Source: an uncultured Actinomycetota bacterium (GTDB lineage Bacteria; Actinomycetota; Actinomycetes; Propionibacteriales; Kribbellaceae). Taken from it: a DNA stretch of 64,000 nucleotides. This document shows, one piece after another, positions 10,828-21,062 of this stretch. Both the position numbers and the translations under genes were made by a program. Location of the stretch: NCBI GenBank assembly GCA_963820655.1, contig CAWGAM010000002.1:1631868-1695867 (forward strand), given 5' to 3'. The notes below the pieces were generated by a model, which was not told the origin of the DNA, did not search any database, and worked only from the letters and a program-made list of their open reading frames with translations. The stretch's first letter is position 1. The number at the start of each line of letters is the position of its first letter.

Positions 10828-11225
10828 GCGGGCAGATTGAGCTGCCACGACACCCCGAACCGATCGTTGACCCACCCGAACTTCCGGCTGAACCCGTACT
10901 CCCCGAGCGGCATGAGCTCTCCGCCCTTCTCGGACAGTGCGGCGTACAACCGGTCGAGCTCGGCCTCGTCCGCACAGTCGACGAACAGCGACACCGATGG
11001 AGTGAAGGTGAACTGATGCTTCACGAAGCTGTCGCTGCACATGAACCGCCGGCCCGCCAGCGTGAACACGGCGGTCATCACCGAGCCCTCGGGGCCGGGG
11101 CCTTCCGCACCGTACCGAGTGATCGAGACGACCTCGGCGTCGTCGAAGAGCGACAGGTAGAAGTTCATCGCCTCCTCGGCCCCGCCCTCGAACATCAGGA
11201 ACGTGCTGATCTCCTGCCCAGCCAT
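10824..11225 (-). CDS. VOC (glyoxalase/PhnB-like) family protein
   Basis: MAGQEISTFLMFEGGAEEAMNFYLSLFDDAEVVSITRYG...FGVSWQLNL. Confidence 0.7.
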   Translation of the reverse strand: MAGQEISTFLMFEGGAEEAMNFYLSLFDDAEVVSITRYGAEGPGPEGSVMTAVFTLAGRRFMCSDSFVKHQFTFTPSVSLFVDCADEAELDRLYAALSEKGGELMPLGEYGFSRKFGWVNDRFGVSWQLNLPA

Positions 11226-11306
11226 CAAAACCCTCCAGTAGTCTCGACTTATATAAGTCGTCACTGTAGCAATGGCCGAGCCCCAGTGCGAGCCCCGGTG
11301 CGAGCC

Positions 11307-11786
11307 TCAGCTGCCGGGAACGCGGGCCTGCCAGGCGTCCTCGTCGCGGGAGCGGCGTTCGACGCCGGCCGGGAGCTTGTTCTTGGCGAGGTCGATCAGC
11401 GTGGTGTGCTCGAGCACGTCGCGCAGGCTGGCGCGGGCCGCGATCCAGACCCGCTGCAGGACGACTGCCCGCTCGTTGTAGGCGACGCTCTCGGGCCGGA
11501 CTCCGGAGATGCTCACGATCGGCCCGTCCACCGCGCGCATCACATCGGCGACCGAGATCTCGTTCGGATCGACGGCCAGCCGCCATCCGCCGGACTGCCC
11601 GCGCTGGCTCACCAGAATGCCGGCGCGCCGGAGGTCGGCGAGGATGCCCTGCAGGAAGCCGTGCGGAATCCCCTGCGCGCGGCTGAGCTCCTCAGCCGAT
11701 ACCACCGAGGGGTTGTTCGCCACCCAGCGCTGAGTGATCTCGATCAGCGCCCGCAACGCATAGTCAGACTTCGCCGAAACCCGCAT
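11307..11786 (-). CDS. Rrf2 family transcriptional regulator
   Basis: MRVSAKSDYALRALIEITQRWVANNPSVVSAEELSRAQGIPHGFLQGILADLRRAGILVSQRGQSGGWRL. Confidence 0.8.
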   Translation of the reverse strand: MRVSAKSDYALRALIEITQRWVANNPSVVSAEELSRAQGIPHGFLQGILADLRRAGILVSQRGQSGGWRLAVDPNEISVADVMRAVDGPIVSISGVRPESVAYNERAVVLQRVWIAARASLRDVLEHTTLIDLAKNKLPAGVERRSRDEDAWQARVPGS

Positions 11787-11849
11787 GTCCCGCAGTCTGC
11801 CCCATCGCCCTGCCACCGCGCCGCATCCACGCCCCGTCCCGGCCGCGGA

Positions 11850-12821
11850 TCAGGCTCGCGGATGCGCCTGTTCGTAGGCCTTCCGGAGCCGGTCGGTCGA
11901 GACATGGGTGTAGATCTGCGTGGTCGCCAGCGACGCATGCCCCAGGAGTTCCTGGACACTGCGAAGGTCGGCGCCACCTTCGAGCAGATGGGTCGCGGCC
12001 GTATGCCGGAGACCGTGCGGCGACAGATCCGGCGCGTCGACGACGGCGATCCGCTCGTGGACGAGACGTCGTACCGCTCGTTGATCGATCCGGCCGCCGC
12101 GAGCTCCCAGAAAGACCGCCGGACCGCTGCCCTGCCGGACCATTTGCGGGCGGGCCTCGTCCAGCCAGCGACGAAGTACCTCGGCGGCCGGGACGCCGTA
12201 CGGGACGGAGCGTTCCTTGCGCCCCTTCCCGAAGACCCGGACAACGCGACGCGACGGGTCGAGGTCGTCGATGTCGAGGGCGCAGAGCTCGCCGACGCGG
12301 ATACCGGTCGCGTACAGCAGTTCCATGATCGCCAGATCGCGCAGCCCGACCGGACTACCGTCGTCCGCGGCCACTGCGGCGGCATCCAGCACGGCTCGGG
12401 TGTCGGCCTGGCCCAGGACGCCGGGCAGGCTCTTGTGCGGCCGCGGACTCGCCAGCAACGCACCCGGATCCGTGCTGATCCGGCCGGTCCGCTGCGCCCA
12501 CGCGGTGAAGACACGCGCGGCCGTGGCCCGGCGCGACAGCGTGCTGCGCGCCTTCCCGAGACTCTGCTGCTTGGCCAGCCAGGATCGCAATCCGCGAATG
12601 TCGAGGCCCTCGAGATCATCGTGACCGAGCCGAATCAAATGATCGAGTAAATCGGCGACGTCTCCGATGTACGCTCTCACCGAATGAGTGCTGAGGTCCC
12701 TCTCCGCCGTCAGATGCCGTTCGTAGTCAGCCAGTAACGCAGCGAAACCCTCCGGCCAGGAGGGGTTCCCACTGACCTCGTCCGGCGTCATGCCTCGACG
12801 ATGCGCGAGCCGGCCCGGCAT
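11850..12821 (-). CDS. xerC: tyrosine recombinase XerC; start codon ambiguous (12821 or 12791)
   Basis: FAALLADYERHLTAERDLSTHSVRAYIGD...LELLYATGIRVGELCALDIDD...GKGRKERSVP...HGLRHTAATHLLEGGADLRSVQELLGHASLATTQIYTHV (R..HxxR..Y). Confidence 0.85.
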   Translation of the reverse strand: MPGRLAHRRGMTPDEVSGNPSWPEGFAALLADYERHLTAERDLSTHSVRAYIGDVADLLDHLIRLGHDDLEGLDIRGLRSWLAKQQSLGKARSTLSRRATAARVFTAWAQRTGRISTDPGALLASPRPHKSLPGVLGQADTRAVLDAAAVAADDGSPVGLRDLAIMELLYATGIRVGELCALDIDDLDPSRRVVRVFGKGRKERSVPYGVPAAEVLRRWLDEARPQMVRQGSGPAVFLGARGGRIDQRAVRRLVHERIAVVDAPDLSPHGLRHTAATHLLEGGADLRSVQELLGHASLATTQIYTHVSTDRLRKAYEQAHPRA

Positions 12822-12927
12822 CGCAAGCCACCGCGCGGGGGACGAGGAGAGGAGGGTCTGGTCGATAGCCCGACGGTCGGCTACTGTTCGGCCGATTGCC
12901 CTAGTAGCAACGGAGGCACCCCTGACC

Positions 12928-14562
12928 ATGGCCCCCTCAGCGAACGGACAGACCGTAGGCCGGCGCCTGCCGGTTGAGTCTGCGTTCACTCGAGTCGAGG
13001 ACGCACGGCACCGTCTGCCGCGCTTGTTCGGTCGTCGCGACCTGGTTGTACTTGGCCTGGGCGTGATGATCGGGTCCGGCATCTTCAGCATCAGCGGTAA
13101 CCAGGCGGCCACGGTCGCCGGCCCGGCCGTGATCATCTCGTTCGTCATCGCGGCGATCGTCTGCGTGCTGGCTGCGGCCTGCTACGCCGAACTGTCGTCC
13201 ACCATCCCTGTTTCGGGTAGCGCGTACACCTTCAGCTATGTGACCTTCGGCGAGATGTGGGCCTGGCTGGTCGGCTGGGCGCTCGTACTGGAACTCGTCA
13301 CCGCAGCCGCCATCGTCGCCCGCGTCTGGTCGGCGTACTTCCTGGCCACCTTGGACGGATTCGGCGTGACGCTGCCGACCGGCGTGGCCAAGTTCTTCGG
13401 CCCGGACGCCGAGGTCAACCTCGTCGCCCCGGTGTTGCTGCTGGTCCTGACCGCGCTGATCGTGACCGGCACCAAGCTGTCGTCTCGGGTGCTGACGGTC
13501 GTGGTGATCGCGAAGGTCGCCGTGATCCTGCTGGTCGTGGTCGTCGGCGCCGCGCACATCAACATGGACAACTACCACCCGTTCGTGCCGATGGCCCGGG
13601 CCGCGCCCGCGGCCGCCAGTCCGACCTTGCTCGGCTGGATCCTGGACTCCTCGTTCGGCTCGTTCGGCATCATGGGCATCTTCACCGCGGCCAGCTCGAT
13701 CGTGTTCGCCTACATCGGGTTCGACCTGATCGCGACCGCGTCCGAGGACGCCCGCAGCCCGCGCAAGACGGTTCCGCAGGGCATGCTGCTCGGCGTCGGC
13801 GCCGTCACGATCCTCTACATCGCGATGGCCGTCGTACTGGTCGGAATGCGCCCGTACGGCACGCTGGGCGGTAGCGCACCGGTCTCGGAAGCGATGGCCG
13901 CGGTCGGTGTCGGCTGGGCCGCGAAGGTGGTCAACCTGGGCGCTTTGCTGGCGCTGATGACAGTGATCATGGTCGTCCTGATCGCGCAGAGCCGCGTGCT
14001 GTTCAACATGGGCCGCGACGGTCTCCTGCCGAAGAGCCTCGGCCGAGTCAGCCGGGTGTACTCCTCCCCCGCCCGCGCGGCGGCTGCCGCCGGACTCGCA
14101 GCCCTGGCACTGACGCTGTATCCGAAGGTGCTGGAGCTGGAAGAGCTGCTGGTCATCGGTGCCCTGTTCTGCTTCGCGTTCTGTGCGATCGGCGTACTGA
14201 CCCTGCGCCGCTCCGAGCCGAACCTGGAGCGCGGCTTCCGGGTCCCGATGGTGCCACTGATCCCGCTGCTGTCGCTGGCCGCGACGCTGTGGCTGATGCT
14301 CAACCTGAAGACGAGCACCTGGACGAAGTTCGGCATCTGGATGGCGATCGGGCTGGCGATCTACGGCCTGTACGGGCGCTGGCACAGCCGGCTGGCGAAC
14401 GAGGACAGCTGGGACTACGACATCGGCGACACGGATCCGGGGACCGGCGGCCTGCAGGCGATCCGGCCCGAGCCGGACCCCCGGCCGAACGAACTGCGCG
14501 CGATCCGTACGCCGCCGCACGAGCAGCACAAACCGACGCGCGGCAAGCACATGCGGAACTGA
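12928..14562 (+). CDS. APC-superfamily amino acid permease
   Basis: Twelve TM-like segments are present, with GSGIFSISGNQAATVAGPAVIISFVIAAIVCVLAAACYAELSSTIPVSGSAYTFSY. Confidence 0.85.
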   Translation: MAPSANGQTVGRRLPVESAFTRVEDARHRLPRLFGRRDLVVLGLGVMIGSGIFSISGNQAATVAGPAVIISFVIAAIVCVLAAACYAELSSTIPVSGSAYTFSYVTFGEMWAWLVGWALVLELVTAAAIVARVWSAYFLATLDGFGVTLPTGVAKFFGPDAEVNLVAPVLLLVLTALIVTGTKLSSRVLTVVVIAKVAVILLVVVVGAAHINMDNYHPFVPMARAAPAAASPTLLGWILDSSFGSFGIMGIFTAASSIVFAYIGFDLIATASEDARSPRKTVPQGMLLGVGAVTILYIAMAVVLVGMRPYGTLGGSAPVSEAMAAVGVGWAAKVVNLGALLALMTVIMVVLIAQSRVLFNMGRDGLLPKSLGRVSRVYSSPARAAAAAGLAALALTLYPKVLELEELLVIGALFCFAFCAIGVLTLRRSEPNLERGFRVPMVPLIPLLSLAATLWLMLNLKTSTWTKFGIWMAIGLAIYGLYGRWHSRLANEDSWDYDIGDTDPGTGGLQAIRPEPDPRPNELRAIRTPPHEQHKPTRGKHMRN

Positions 14563-14695
14563 CACCGTCGCGGCGGTTGTGCTCAGCAACGGCGTCTCCG
14601 GCAACGTTGTCGGCGGCCGCGTTGTCCACAGGCGAAAAGTGAGGTCCGAAATCGTGGCCTGATCCCGGCATGTTCTTAGCCGGAGGTGGTCACCG

Positions 14696-15052
14696 ATGCG
14701 GACCAAGAACGTAGTCGGGCGGTACGGCGAGGATCTCGCCGCGAGGTATCTCACGTCGCACGGTTTCGCCGTGCTCGAGCGCAACTGGCGCTGCGAGCTC
14801 GGCGAGATCGACATCGTCGCGAGAGAAGGCGACGCACTCGTCGTCTGTGAGGTGAAGACGCGCCGCGGGCTGAACTACGGCAGCCCGCTCGAGTCGATCA
14901 CCTACCGGAAGCTGACCACGCTCCGGAAGCTGGCCGGCCGCTGGGTGCAGACCCACGACCTCAGACCCGCGGCGATCCGGATCGACATCATCGCGGTCCT
15001 CTTCGACCGGAACACGCCGCCGAGCGTCGACCACGTGCGGGGTGTGGCCTGA
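14696..15052 (+). CDS. yraN: YraN family endonuclease (UPF0102)
   Basis: GEDLAARYLTSHGFAVLERNWRCELGEIDIVAREGDALVVCEVKTRR. The stop overlaps the comM start (TGATG). Confidence 0.85.
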   Translation: MRTKNVVGRYGEDLAARYLTSHGFAVLERNWRCELGEIDIVAREGDALVVCEVKTRRGLNYGSPLESITYRKLTTLRKLAGRWVQTHDLRPAAIRIDIIAVLFDRNTPPSVDHVRGVA

Positions 15053-16626
15053 TGGCGCTCGCACGGACGTGGTCGGTGGCTCTGGTCGGCCTGGAGGGGC
15101 ATCTGGTCGAGGTCGAGGCAGACATCGCCCAAGGCCTGCCGAAGACGACCCTGATCGGTCTTCCGGACACGTCGCTGTCCGAAGCCCGCGACCGAGTCCG
15201 CGCCGCGGTCGTCAACAGCGGCGAGCGATTCCCCGATCGCAAGGTCACCATCGGACTCTCACCGGCCACGCTGCCCAAGACCGGTTCTCACTACGATGTC
15301 GCGATCGCCCTCGCCCTGCTCACAGCGGCCGGGGTGGTCGACCCCGGCGCACTCCGGCAGACGGCGATCATCGGCGAGCTGGGACTCGACGGCCGGGTCC
15401 GGGAGGTCCGTGGCGCGCTCGCGATGACGCTGGCCGCGGCCCGCGCCAACTTCGAGCGCATCGTCGTCCCCGAGCTGAACTCGGGCGAAGCCCGCTTGGT
15501 CCCCGGCATCGAGGTGTACGGCGTACGGTCGCTGCGGCAGGTGCTCGCGCTGTTGCGCGGGACCGAGGTTCCGGACGAGGCACCACCACGCGCCGAGCCG
15601 CGGCTGCTGTCCGAGTCGCTGACCCGGGTTCCTCAGGTCGATCTCGACGACGTCATCGGCCAGCGCGAGGGTCGGCGGGCGATCGAGGCCGCGGCGGCCG
15701 GTGGGCATCATCTGCTCCTGCACGGGCCGCCGGGATCCGGCAAGACGATGCTGGCAGAACGGCTCGCTGGACTGATGCCCGACTTGAGCACCGACGACTC
15801 GCTCGAGGTGTCGGCGGTGCATTCGCTGGCCGGGCTGCTGACCAGCGACGCCGAGCTCGTCGTCCGTCCGCCGTTCATCGCGCCCCACCACACGGCCTCG
15901 CTGTCGAGCCTCGTCGGCGGCGGCTCGGGGATGCCGCGGCCGGGTGCCATCAGCTGCGCGCACCGCGGGGTTCTCTTCATCGACGAGGCCCCCGAGATGC
16001 ATCCACTCACCCTCGATACGCTGCGGCAGCCGCTCGAGGCCGGGTACATCGAGGTGCACCGGTCGGCCGCGGTGGCCAAATTCCCGGCACGCTTCATGCT
16101 TGTGCTAGCGGCCAATCCATGTCCCTGCGGGCTGTCCGGGACGAACCAGGGGATCTGCACCTGCACCCCGCAAGTGCTGGCGCGGTACCGGCAACGGATC
16201 AGCGGCCCGATCAAGGACCGGCTCGACATCCAGCGCCAGATCCTGCCTGCCGCACGCACGATCAGCGACGAGAAGCCAGAGTCGACCGCAGTTGTCGCCG
16301 CCCGGGTCAAGTCGGCCCGCGAGCGCCAAGGGCATCGCTACCGCGACACCGGCTGGATCCTCAACAGCGAGGTCCCCGGTCCGGTTCTGCGGCGCGACTA
16401 CCCGCTCGACGGCGCCGGCCACAAACTCCTCGAGGACCTCTACGCCGCGGGCCGCATCACGGCCCGCGGGTTCGACCGCGTCGTCCGCCTGGCCTGGACC
16501 TTGGCGGACCTGGAGGGCATCGCCCAACCCACCGTCGATCTGACCCACCAGGCCTTCCAGCTCCGCACCGGCGACCCCCTGACCGACCTCTCCGACACCC
16601 GCCCCCTCAAAGGAATCCTGACATGA
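15052..16626 (+). CDS. comM: YifB/ComM family Mg-chelatase-like AAA+ ATPase
   Basis: The protein has a Lon-like N-domain, Walker A LHGPPGSGKTM, FIDEAPE, and CPCG...C.C zinc-finger residues. Confidence 0.9.
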   Translation: MALARTWSVALVGLEGHLVEVEADIAQGLPKTTLIGLPDTSLSEARDRVRAAVVNSGERFPDRKVTIGLSPATLPKTGSHYDVAIALALLTAAGVVDPGALRQTAIIGELGLDGRVREVRGALAMTLAAARANFERIVVPELNSGEARLVPGIEVYGVRSLRQVLALLRGTEVPDEAPPRAEPRLLSESLTRVPQVDLDDVIGQREGRRAIEAAAAGGHHLLLHGPPGSGKTMLAERLAGLMPDLSTDDSLEVSAVHSLAGLLTSDAELVVRPPFIAPHHTASLSSLVGGGSGMPRPGAISCAHRGVLFIDEAPEMHPLTLDTLRQPLEAGYIEVHRSAAVAKFPARFMLVLAANPCPCGLSGTNQGICTCTPQVLARYRQRISGPIKDRLDIQRQILPAARTISDEKPESTAVVAARVKSARERQGHRYRDTGWILNSEVPGPVLRRDYPLDGAGHKLLEDLYAAGRITARGFDRVVRLAWTLADLEGIAQPTVDLTHQAFQLRTGDPLTDLSDTRPLKGILT

Positions 16627-17876
16627 ACTCCACTTGCGCCCCCACGACTAACGACGTCACGACTGGCCCGAGCCTCCCGCTCAAAACTCCTCCGCCACCC
16701 AGCAGACCGGGTCGTGCGGGAGTTGGAGGGGATGACGACGGGGAGCGGCTCGCGCGGGTTGGGTTATCCCGGGTGGTGGAGCCTGGGGATCTGGCAGCGC
16801 TCAAGGCGTTTGCCGGGTTGGGCGCGCAGGAGATCTGGGAAATGCTCCAGCAGAACGCTCCTGGGATGGAGCGATGGTCCACGCGACTGGCTGAGGCCGA
16901 GCCGGAGCGAGACCTGGAGCGCGCGAGCGCGGCGGGAGCGCGGTTCGTGATTCCTGGGGATGACGAGTGGCCGGAGCAGGTGGAGATTCTCGCGGAGGCC
17001 GGCCAACTGACCCGCCGGGCGGGCGTGCCCTTCGGACTCTGGGTCCGTGGCCCGGCGCATCTGCGGCGCGCACTCAGCCGGGCCGTCGCGATGGTCGGTG
17101 CCCGCGCGTGTTCGTCGTACGGCGAGCATGTGGCGGCGGAGCTGTCCTCGGGCCTGGCGGACAACGGAGTCACCGTGGTGTCTGGAGGCGCTTTCGGGAT
17201 CGACGCAGCGGCTCACCGGGGCGCGATCGCGGCCTCCGGGCTGACCGTGGCGGTGCTGGCGTGCGGGGTCGATGTCAGCTATCCGAAGAGCAACTCGGCC
17301 CTGTTCAGCCGCATCGTCGAGGAAGGTCTGGTGGTGAGTGAGCTGCCGCCGGGATGCTCACCGACGAGGTTGCGGTTCTTGTCCCGCAACCGACTGATCG
17401 CCGCCGGTACGCTCGGCACGGTCGTGATCGAGGCCGCCGTACGCAGCGGTGCCCTCAACAGCGCCGGGTGGGCCGATCAATGCGGTCGCGCAGTCCTCGC
17501 CGTTCCAGGCCCGATCACGTCGCGGATGTCCGAAGGCAGCCACCTCCTGGTCCGCGAACGAGACGCCGTACTCGTCACGAACGTTGCCGACATCATCGAG
17601 GCGATCTCGCCGCTGGGCACGCGCCTCACGCCGTACCCCCACGCCCCCAAGAATCCGACCGACGACCTGGACCACGACCTCCGCCGCACCCTCGACGCCG
17701 TCCCTCTCATCCATCCCGCCCCTGCCGACCGGATAGCGACGACCGCGGGTCTGGACCTTCCCACCACTCAGACCTGCCTAGAGACCCTCGCAGACCTACT
17801 CCTCATCGAACACGACGACTCCGGCTGGCGCCTGACCCCAACCACCCCACCAGCAGACCCGAGCCCGGCCACCTAG
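16623..17876 (+). CDS. dprA: DNA-processing protein DprA (Smf)
   Basis: The Rossmann-like DprA core is VVSGGAFGIDAAAHRGAIAASGLTVAVLACGVDVSYPKSN...AVPGPITS. The ATG at 16623 overlaps the comM stop. Confidence 0.9.
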   Translation: MNSTCAPTTNDVTTGPSLPLKTPPPPSRPGRAGVGGDDDGERLARVGLSRVVEPGDLAALKAFAGLGAQEIWEMLQQNAPGMERWSTRLAEAEPERDLERASAAGARFVIPGDDEWPEQVEILAEAGQLTRRAGVPFGLWVRGPAHLRRALSRAVAMVGARACSSYGEHVAAELSSGLADNGVTVVSGGAFGIDAAAHRGAIAASGLTVAVLACGVDVSYPKSNSALFSRIVEEGLVVSELPPGCSPTRLRFLSRNRLIAAGTLGTVVIEAAVRSGALNSAGWADQCGRAVLAVPGPITSRMSEGSHLLVRERDAVLVTNVADIIEAISPLGTRLTPYPHAPKNPTDDLDHDLRRTLDAVPLIHPAPADRIATTAGLDLPTTQTCLETLADLLLIEHDDSGWRLTPTTPPADPSPAT

Positions 17877-17899
17877 CGTGCGGGTAGTCGGGAGGGCGG

Positions 17900-18223
17900 T
17901 CAGCGGCCGAAGTCGGAATCCTTCGGGACTTCCAGGTCGGACTTGGCGAGTTCTTCGATGTTGACGTCGCGGAAGGTGACGACCTTGGCGTTCTTGACGA
18001 AGCGGGCGGAGCGGTACACATCCCAGACCCAGGCGTCGGCCATCGTCACCTCGAAGTACACGTCGCCGCCCTCGGTGCGGACCTTCAGGTCTACCGCGTT
18101 GCACAGGTAGAAGCGCCGTTCGGTCTCCACGACGTACTTGAAGATCCCGACGACGTCCTTGTACTCCCGATAGAGCTGTAGCTCCATATCGGTTTCGTAC
18201 TTCTCGAGGTCGTCAGCGCTCAC
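17900..18223 (-). CDS. DUF2469 domain protein
   Basis: MSADDLEKYETDMELQLYREYKDVVGIFKYVVETERRFYLCNAVDLKVR is a conserved actinobacterial small protein found downstream of dprA. Confidence 0.7.
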   Translation of the reverse strand: MSADDLEKYETDMELQLYREYKDVVGIFKYVVETERRFYLCNAVDLKVRTEGGDVYFEVTMADAWVWDVYRSARFVKNAKVVTFRDVNIEELAKSDLEVPKDSDFGR

Positions 18224-18290
18224 GCCTCCACCTCGCTAGCGCTCGGTGCCGGCATGAGCGCTAAGGCGGCTGTGTTGTTTGTTCGCTCGC

Positions 18291-19010
18291 TCATCGGCTC
18301 TCCACTCCGGTGGGACTGGTCACATTCTGTCCCATATCGGGCCGCAGACTGCGGCGGACATTCTCGAACCGCCGTCGATGTTGTGGGCACGGGCCGTATT
18401 CGTCCAGTGTCGCCTGGTGCTCAGGCGTGCAGTAGCCCTTGTGAATCCCGAAACCGTACTGCGGGTACACCTTGTCCCAGTGCTCCATCACCCGGTCCCG
18501 TGTCACCTTGGCGATCACGGAGGCCGCGGCGATACACGCCGCTACGCGGTCACCCTTCCAGATCGCGAGGCCCGGTACGTCGAGACCGTCGACACCGAAG
18601 CCGTCGGTCAGCACGTACGACGGGCGTACGTCGAGGCGGAAGAGCGCCCGGCGGAGGGCTTCGACGTTGGCGACATGCATGCCGAGGCGGTCGCACTCGG
18701 TGGACTCGATGGAGACGACCGACCAGGCGAGGGCCCGCTTGCGGATCTCCTCGTAGCAGCGGTCGCGGGCCTTGGCGGTGAGGAGCTTGGAGTCGGCGAG
18801 TTCGGGGATCTGACCGCGCTTGCCCTCCGGCAGGATCACGGCGGCAGCGACCAGCGGGCCGGCGCAGGGTCCGCGGCCGGCCTCGTCCACACCGGCGATC
18901 GGGTCCAGCCCGACGCGACGCAGTGCCCGCTCGTACCCGTACAACCCGGCATCCCGCCGTACTGTGCTCCCCCGCGGCAACTCACTCATCCAGCCCTCCG
19001 CATCACACAC
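18291..19010 (-). CDS. rnhB: ribonuclease HII; true start may be MSELPRG at 18989
   Basis: AGVDEAGRGPCAGPLVAAAVIL...DSKLLTAKARD...VIAKVTRDRVM. Confidence 0.9.
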   Translation of the reverse strand: MCDAEGWMSELPRGSTVRRDAGLYGYERALRRVGLDPIAGVDEAGRGPCAGPLVAAAVILPEGKRGQIPELADSKLLTAKARDRCYEEIRKRALAWSVVSIESTECDRLGMHVANVEALRRALFRLDVRPSYVLTDGFGVDGLDVPGLAIWKGDRVAACIAAASVIAKVTRDRVMEHWDKVYPQYGFGIHKGYCTPEHQATLDEYGPCPQHRRRFENVRRSLRPDMGQNVTSPTGVESR

Positions 19011-19159
19011 CCACCCTAGGCAGCCGCACCGACCGACCCCGAAGCAGGTCCGCTTGAGGTACGACGGCGGCCGGAGAGCCAGGCTGGAACTCTCGGGGCT
19101 GGGGTACGTCGGGTGCTGCCGGGGCCGGTGGGCGACGGGTTAGAGGCACCGGGGTTCTC

Positions 19160-19930
19160 TCACTTGGGGGGTGGGGTGAGTGAGATCGAGGGTTTGCTGG
19201 GCGGTGGGCCGGGGGCCGGGACGGCTTTGAAAGTGTCGGGAACGCCGAGTTTGCCCCAGCGGCCGGCGGGCCAGACGATCATGATCGCGCGGCCGGTGAT
19301 CTTGTCCATCGGCACGAAGGCGGCGTCGCCCTGGTTGCCGCCGTTGGCGTCGGTGTCCTGCAAGTGGACGCGGGAGTCCCCGGACGCGGACCGATGGTCA
19401 CCCATCACGAACACGCGACCGGCCGGGACAGTGACCTGGAACTCCATCTGCGACGGCGCGTCCCCCGGATACAGGTAGCTCTTCTCGTCGAGCGGCTGAC
19501 CGTTGACCAGGAGCCGGCCCTTGGAGTCGCAGCAGGCGACCTTGTCCCCCGGCATGCCGATCAGGCGCTTGATCAGGTGACCGTGGCTGGAGTCCGGCAG
19601 CAGGCCGACCACCTCGAAGAACCGGCCGATCGAGCCGCGCTTCTGACCGCTCTCCTCCGGGCCGAGCCAGCCGCCCGGATCCTCGAAGACGACCACGTCG
19701 CCACGCTTCACGTCGGTGAGCTTCTCGACCACGACCCGGTCGCCGACCAGCAGGGTGTTCTCCATCGACTCGCTCGGGATGATGAACATCTGCCCGACGA
19801 ACGCCCGCAGGATCGACGAGACGATCAGGGCTCCGACCACGATCAGCACGAACTCGCGGGCGGCCGCCCCGAAGCCCGAGCGATGGGCGGGAGGTTTGGC
19901 GTCCGTCGTCTTGGTCGGTGTATCGGTCAC
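19160..19930 (-). CDS. lepB: signal peptidase I (copy 1)
   Basis: IPSESMENTLLVGDRVVVEK (Ser box), GDVVVF, KRLIGMPGDKV and MGDHRSASGDSR. Confidence 0.9.
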   Translation of the reverse strand: MTDTPTKTTDAKPPAHRSGFGAAAREFVLIVVGALIVSSILRAFVGQMFIIPSESMENTLLVGDRVVVEKLTDVKRGDVVVFEDPGGWLGPEESGQKRGSIGRFFEVVGLLPDSSHGHLIKRLIGMPGDKVACCDSKGRLLVNGQPLDEKSYLYPGDAPSQMEFQVTVPAGRVFVMGDHRSASGDSRVHLQDTDANGGNQGDAAFVPMDKITGRAIMIVWPAGRWGKLGVPDTFKAVPAPGPPPSKPSISLTPPPK

Positions 19931-20676
19931 TTCTTCAGCCCCGGCTTCTTGAAGGTTTCCGGAGGACGCAGCATCGTCATCCGGTCAGACGGCCAGATTA
20001 CGCAACAGGCCCGGCCAACCACGTTCTTGACCGGCACGAATCCGCCGCCGGGGCCGCCCATATGGGCACGGGAGTCGGCGGACTCAGCACGATTGTCCCC
20101 CATCACCCACAGATCGCCTGGCGGCACCACCACGTTGAAGGGCAGCTCCGACGGTTTGGCGTCCTTGAGCAGGTACTCGCGCTCGTCCAGCGGGATGCCG
20201 TTCACGGTGATCCGGCCGGCCTTGTCGCAGCAGACGACCTTGTCGCCGCCGATGCCGATGACCCGCTTGACCAGGTGGCCCTCGCCGCTGCGCGGCAGGA
20301 TGCCGACGAACTCACCGACCTTGCGGAACGGGCCGGGCTCGGCCTGCTCCTCGTCCAGCCAGTTGGCGGGGTCCCTGAAGACGACGATGTCGCCGCGGTC
20401 GACGTCGCGGTGCAGGTAGCTGATCTTCTCGGCCAGGATCCGGTCGTCCTTGGTCAGGGTGTCGTACATCGACTCCGACGGGACGTAGAACGCTTCCGCG
20501 ACGAACAGCCGCAGCACCACGGTGATCACGAGTGCGAGCACCGTCACGGTGGTCATCTCGACAAGCAGGCTGAGCAGCGGATTCCGCTGCTTCAGCCTAC
20601 GGTGACGTCCCTTGCTGCGACGTGCCCTCCTGGGATCGGGGCGAGGGCGAGCGCGAGTCGCAGTGCTCGGCGCCAT
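19927..20676 (-). CDS. lepB: signal peptidase I (copy 2, tandem paralog)
   Basis: VPSESMYDTLTKDDRILAEK, GDIVVF, KRVIGIGGDKV and MGDNRAESADSR. The start overlaps the stop of copy 1. Confidence 0.9.
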   Translation of the reverse strand: MAPSTATRARPRPDPRRARRSKGRHRRLKQRNPLLSLLVEMTTVTVLALVITVVLRLFVAEAFYVPSESMYDTLTKDDRILAEKISYLHRDVDRGDIVVFRDPANWLDEEQAEPGPFRKVGEFVGILPRSGEGHLVKRVIGIGGDKVVCCDKAGRITVNGIPLDEREYLLKDAKPSELPFNVVVPPGDLWVMGDNRAESADSRAHMGGPGGGFVPVKNVVGRACCVIWPSDRMTMLRPPETFKKPGLKK

Positions 20677-20702
20677 AGGTGACCGTCGTCGCTAGCAGAC
20701 GA

Positions 20703-21062
20703 TCAGGAGGCCGGGACGTCCCGCTTCTCCTTGATCTTGGCTGCCTTGCCGCGCAGTTCGCGCAGGTAGTAGAGCTTGGCCCGGCGGACGTCACCGCGGG
20801 TCACGACCTCGACCTTGTCGACGATCGGGGTGTGCAGCGGGAAGGTCCGCTCAACGCCGACACCGAAGCTGACCTTGCGGACCGTGAAGGTCTCCTGCAG
20901 GCCACCACCCTGGCGCCGGATCACGACACCCTGGAACACCTGGACGCGGGACCGGTTGCCCTCGACGACCTTGACGTGCACCTTGACGGTGTCACCGGGA
21001 CGGAAGCCCGGGATGTCGTCGCGCTTGCTCTCGTTGTCAAGCTCGTTCAGGATGTTGCTCAT
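20703..21062 (-). CDS. rplS: 50S ribosomal protein L19
   Basis: [54 protein letters not shown]... Confidence 0.95.
   Translation of the reverse strand: MSNILNELDNESKRDDIPGFRPGDTVKVHVKVVEGNRSRVQVFQGVVIRRQGGGLQETFTVRKVSFGVGVERTFPLHTPIVDKVEVVTRGDVRRAKLYYLRELRGKAAKIKEKRDVPAS

Noticed and set aside
11850-12821. A tyrosine recombinase as a possible integrase marking a mobile element.
   Set aside because: The sequence and its context (near dprA, with no attachment-site repeats, phage genes or tRNA) fit chromosomal XerC dimer resolution, not a prophage or ICE integrase.
12937-14814. A 625-aa minus-strand ORF antisense to the amino-acid permease, and similar cases at 5079-6842, 39148-41838, 45447-47312 and 56983-59148.
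   Set aside because: Each is antisense to a gene with strong homology and has a low-complexity product, so they are not real genes.
15042-17876. A 944-aa ORF apparently spanning comM and dprA.
   Set aside because: This is a high-GC artefact. Only the last 418 codons (from the ATG at 16623) show DprA homology. The upstream part is an alternative frame of comM, which has clear AAA+ motifs in its own frame.
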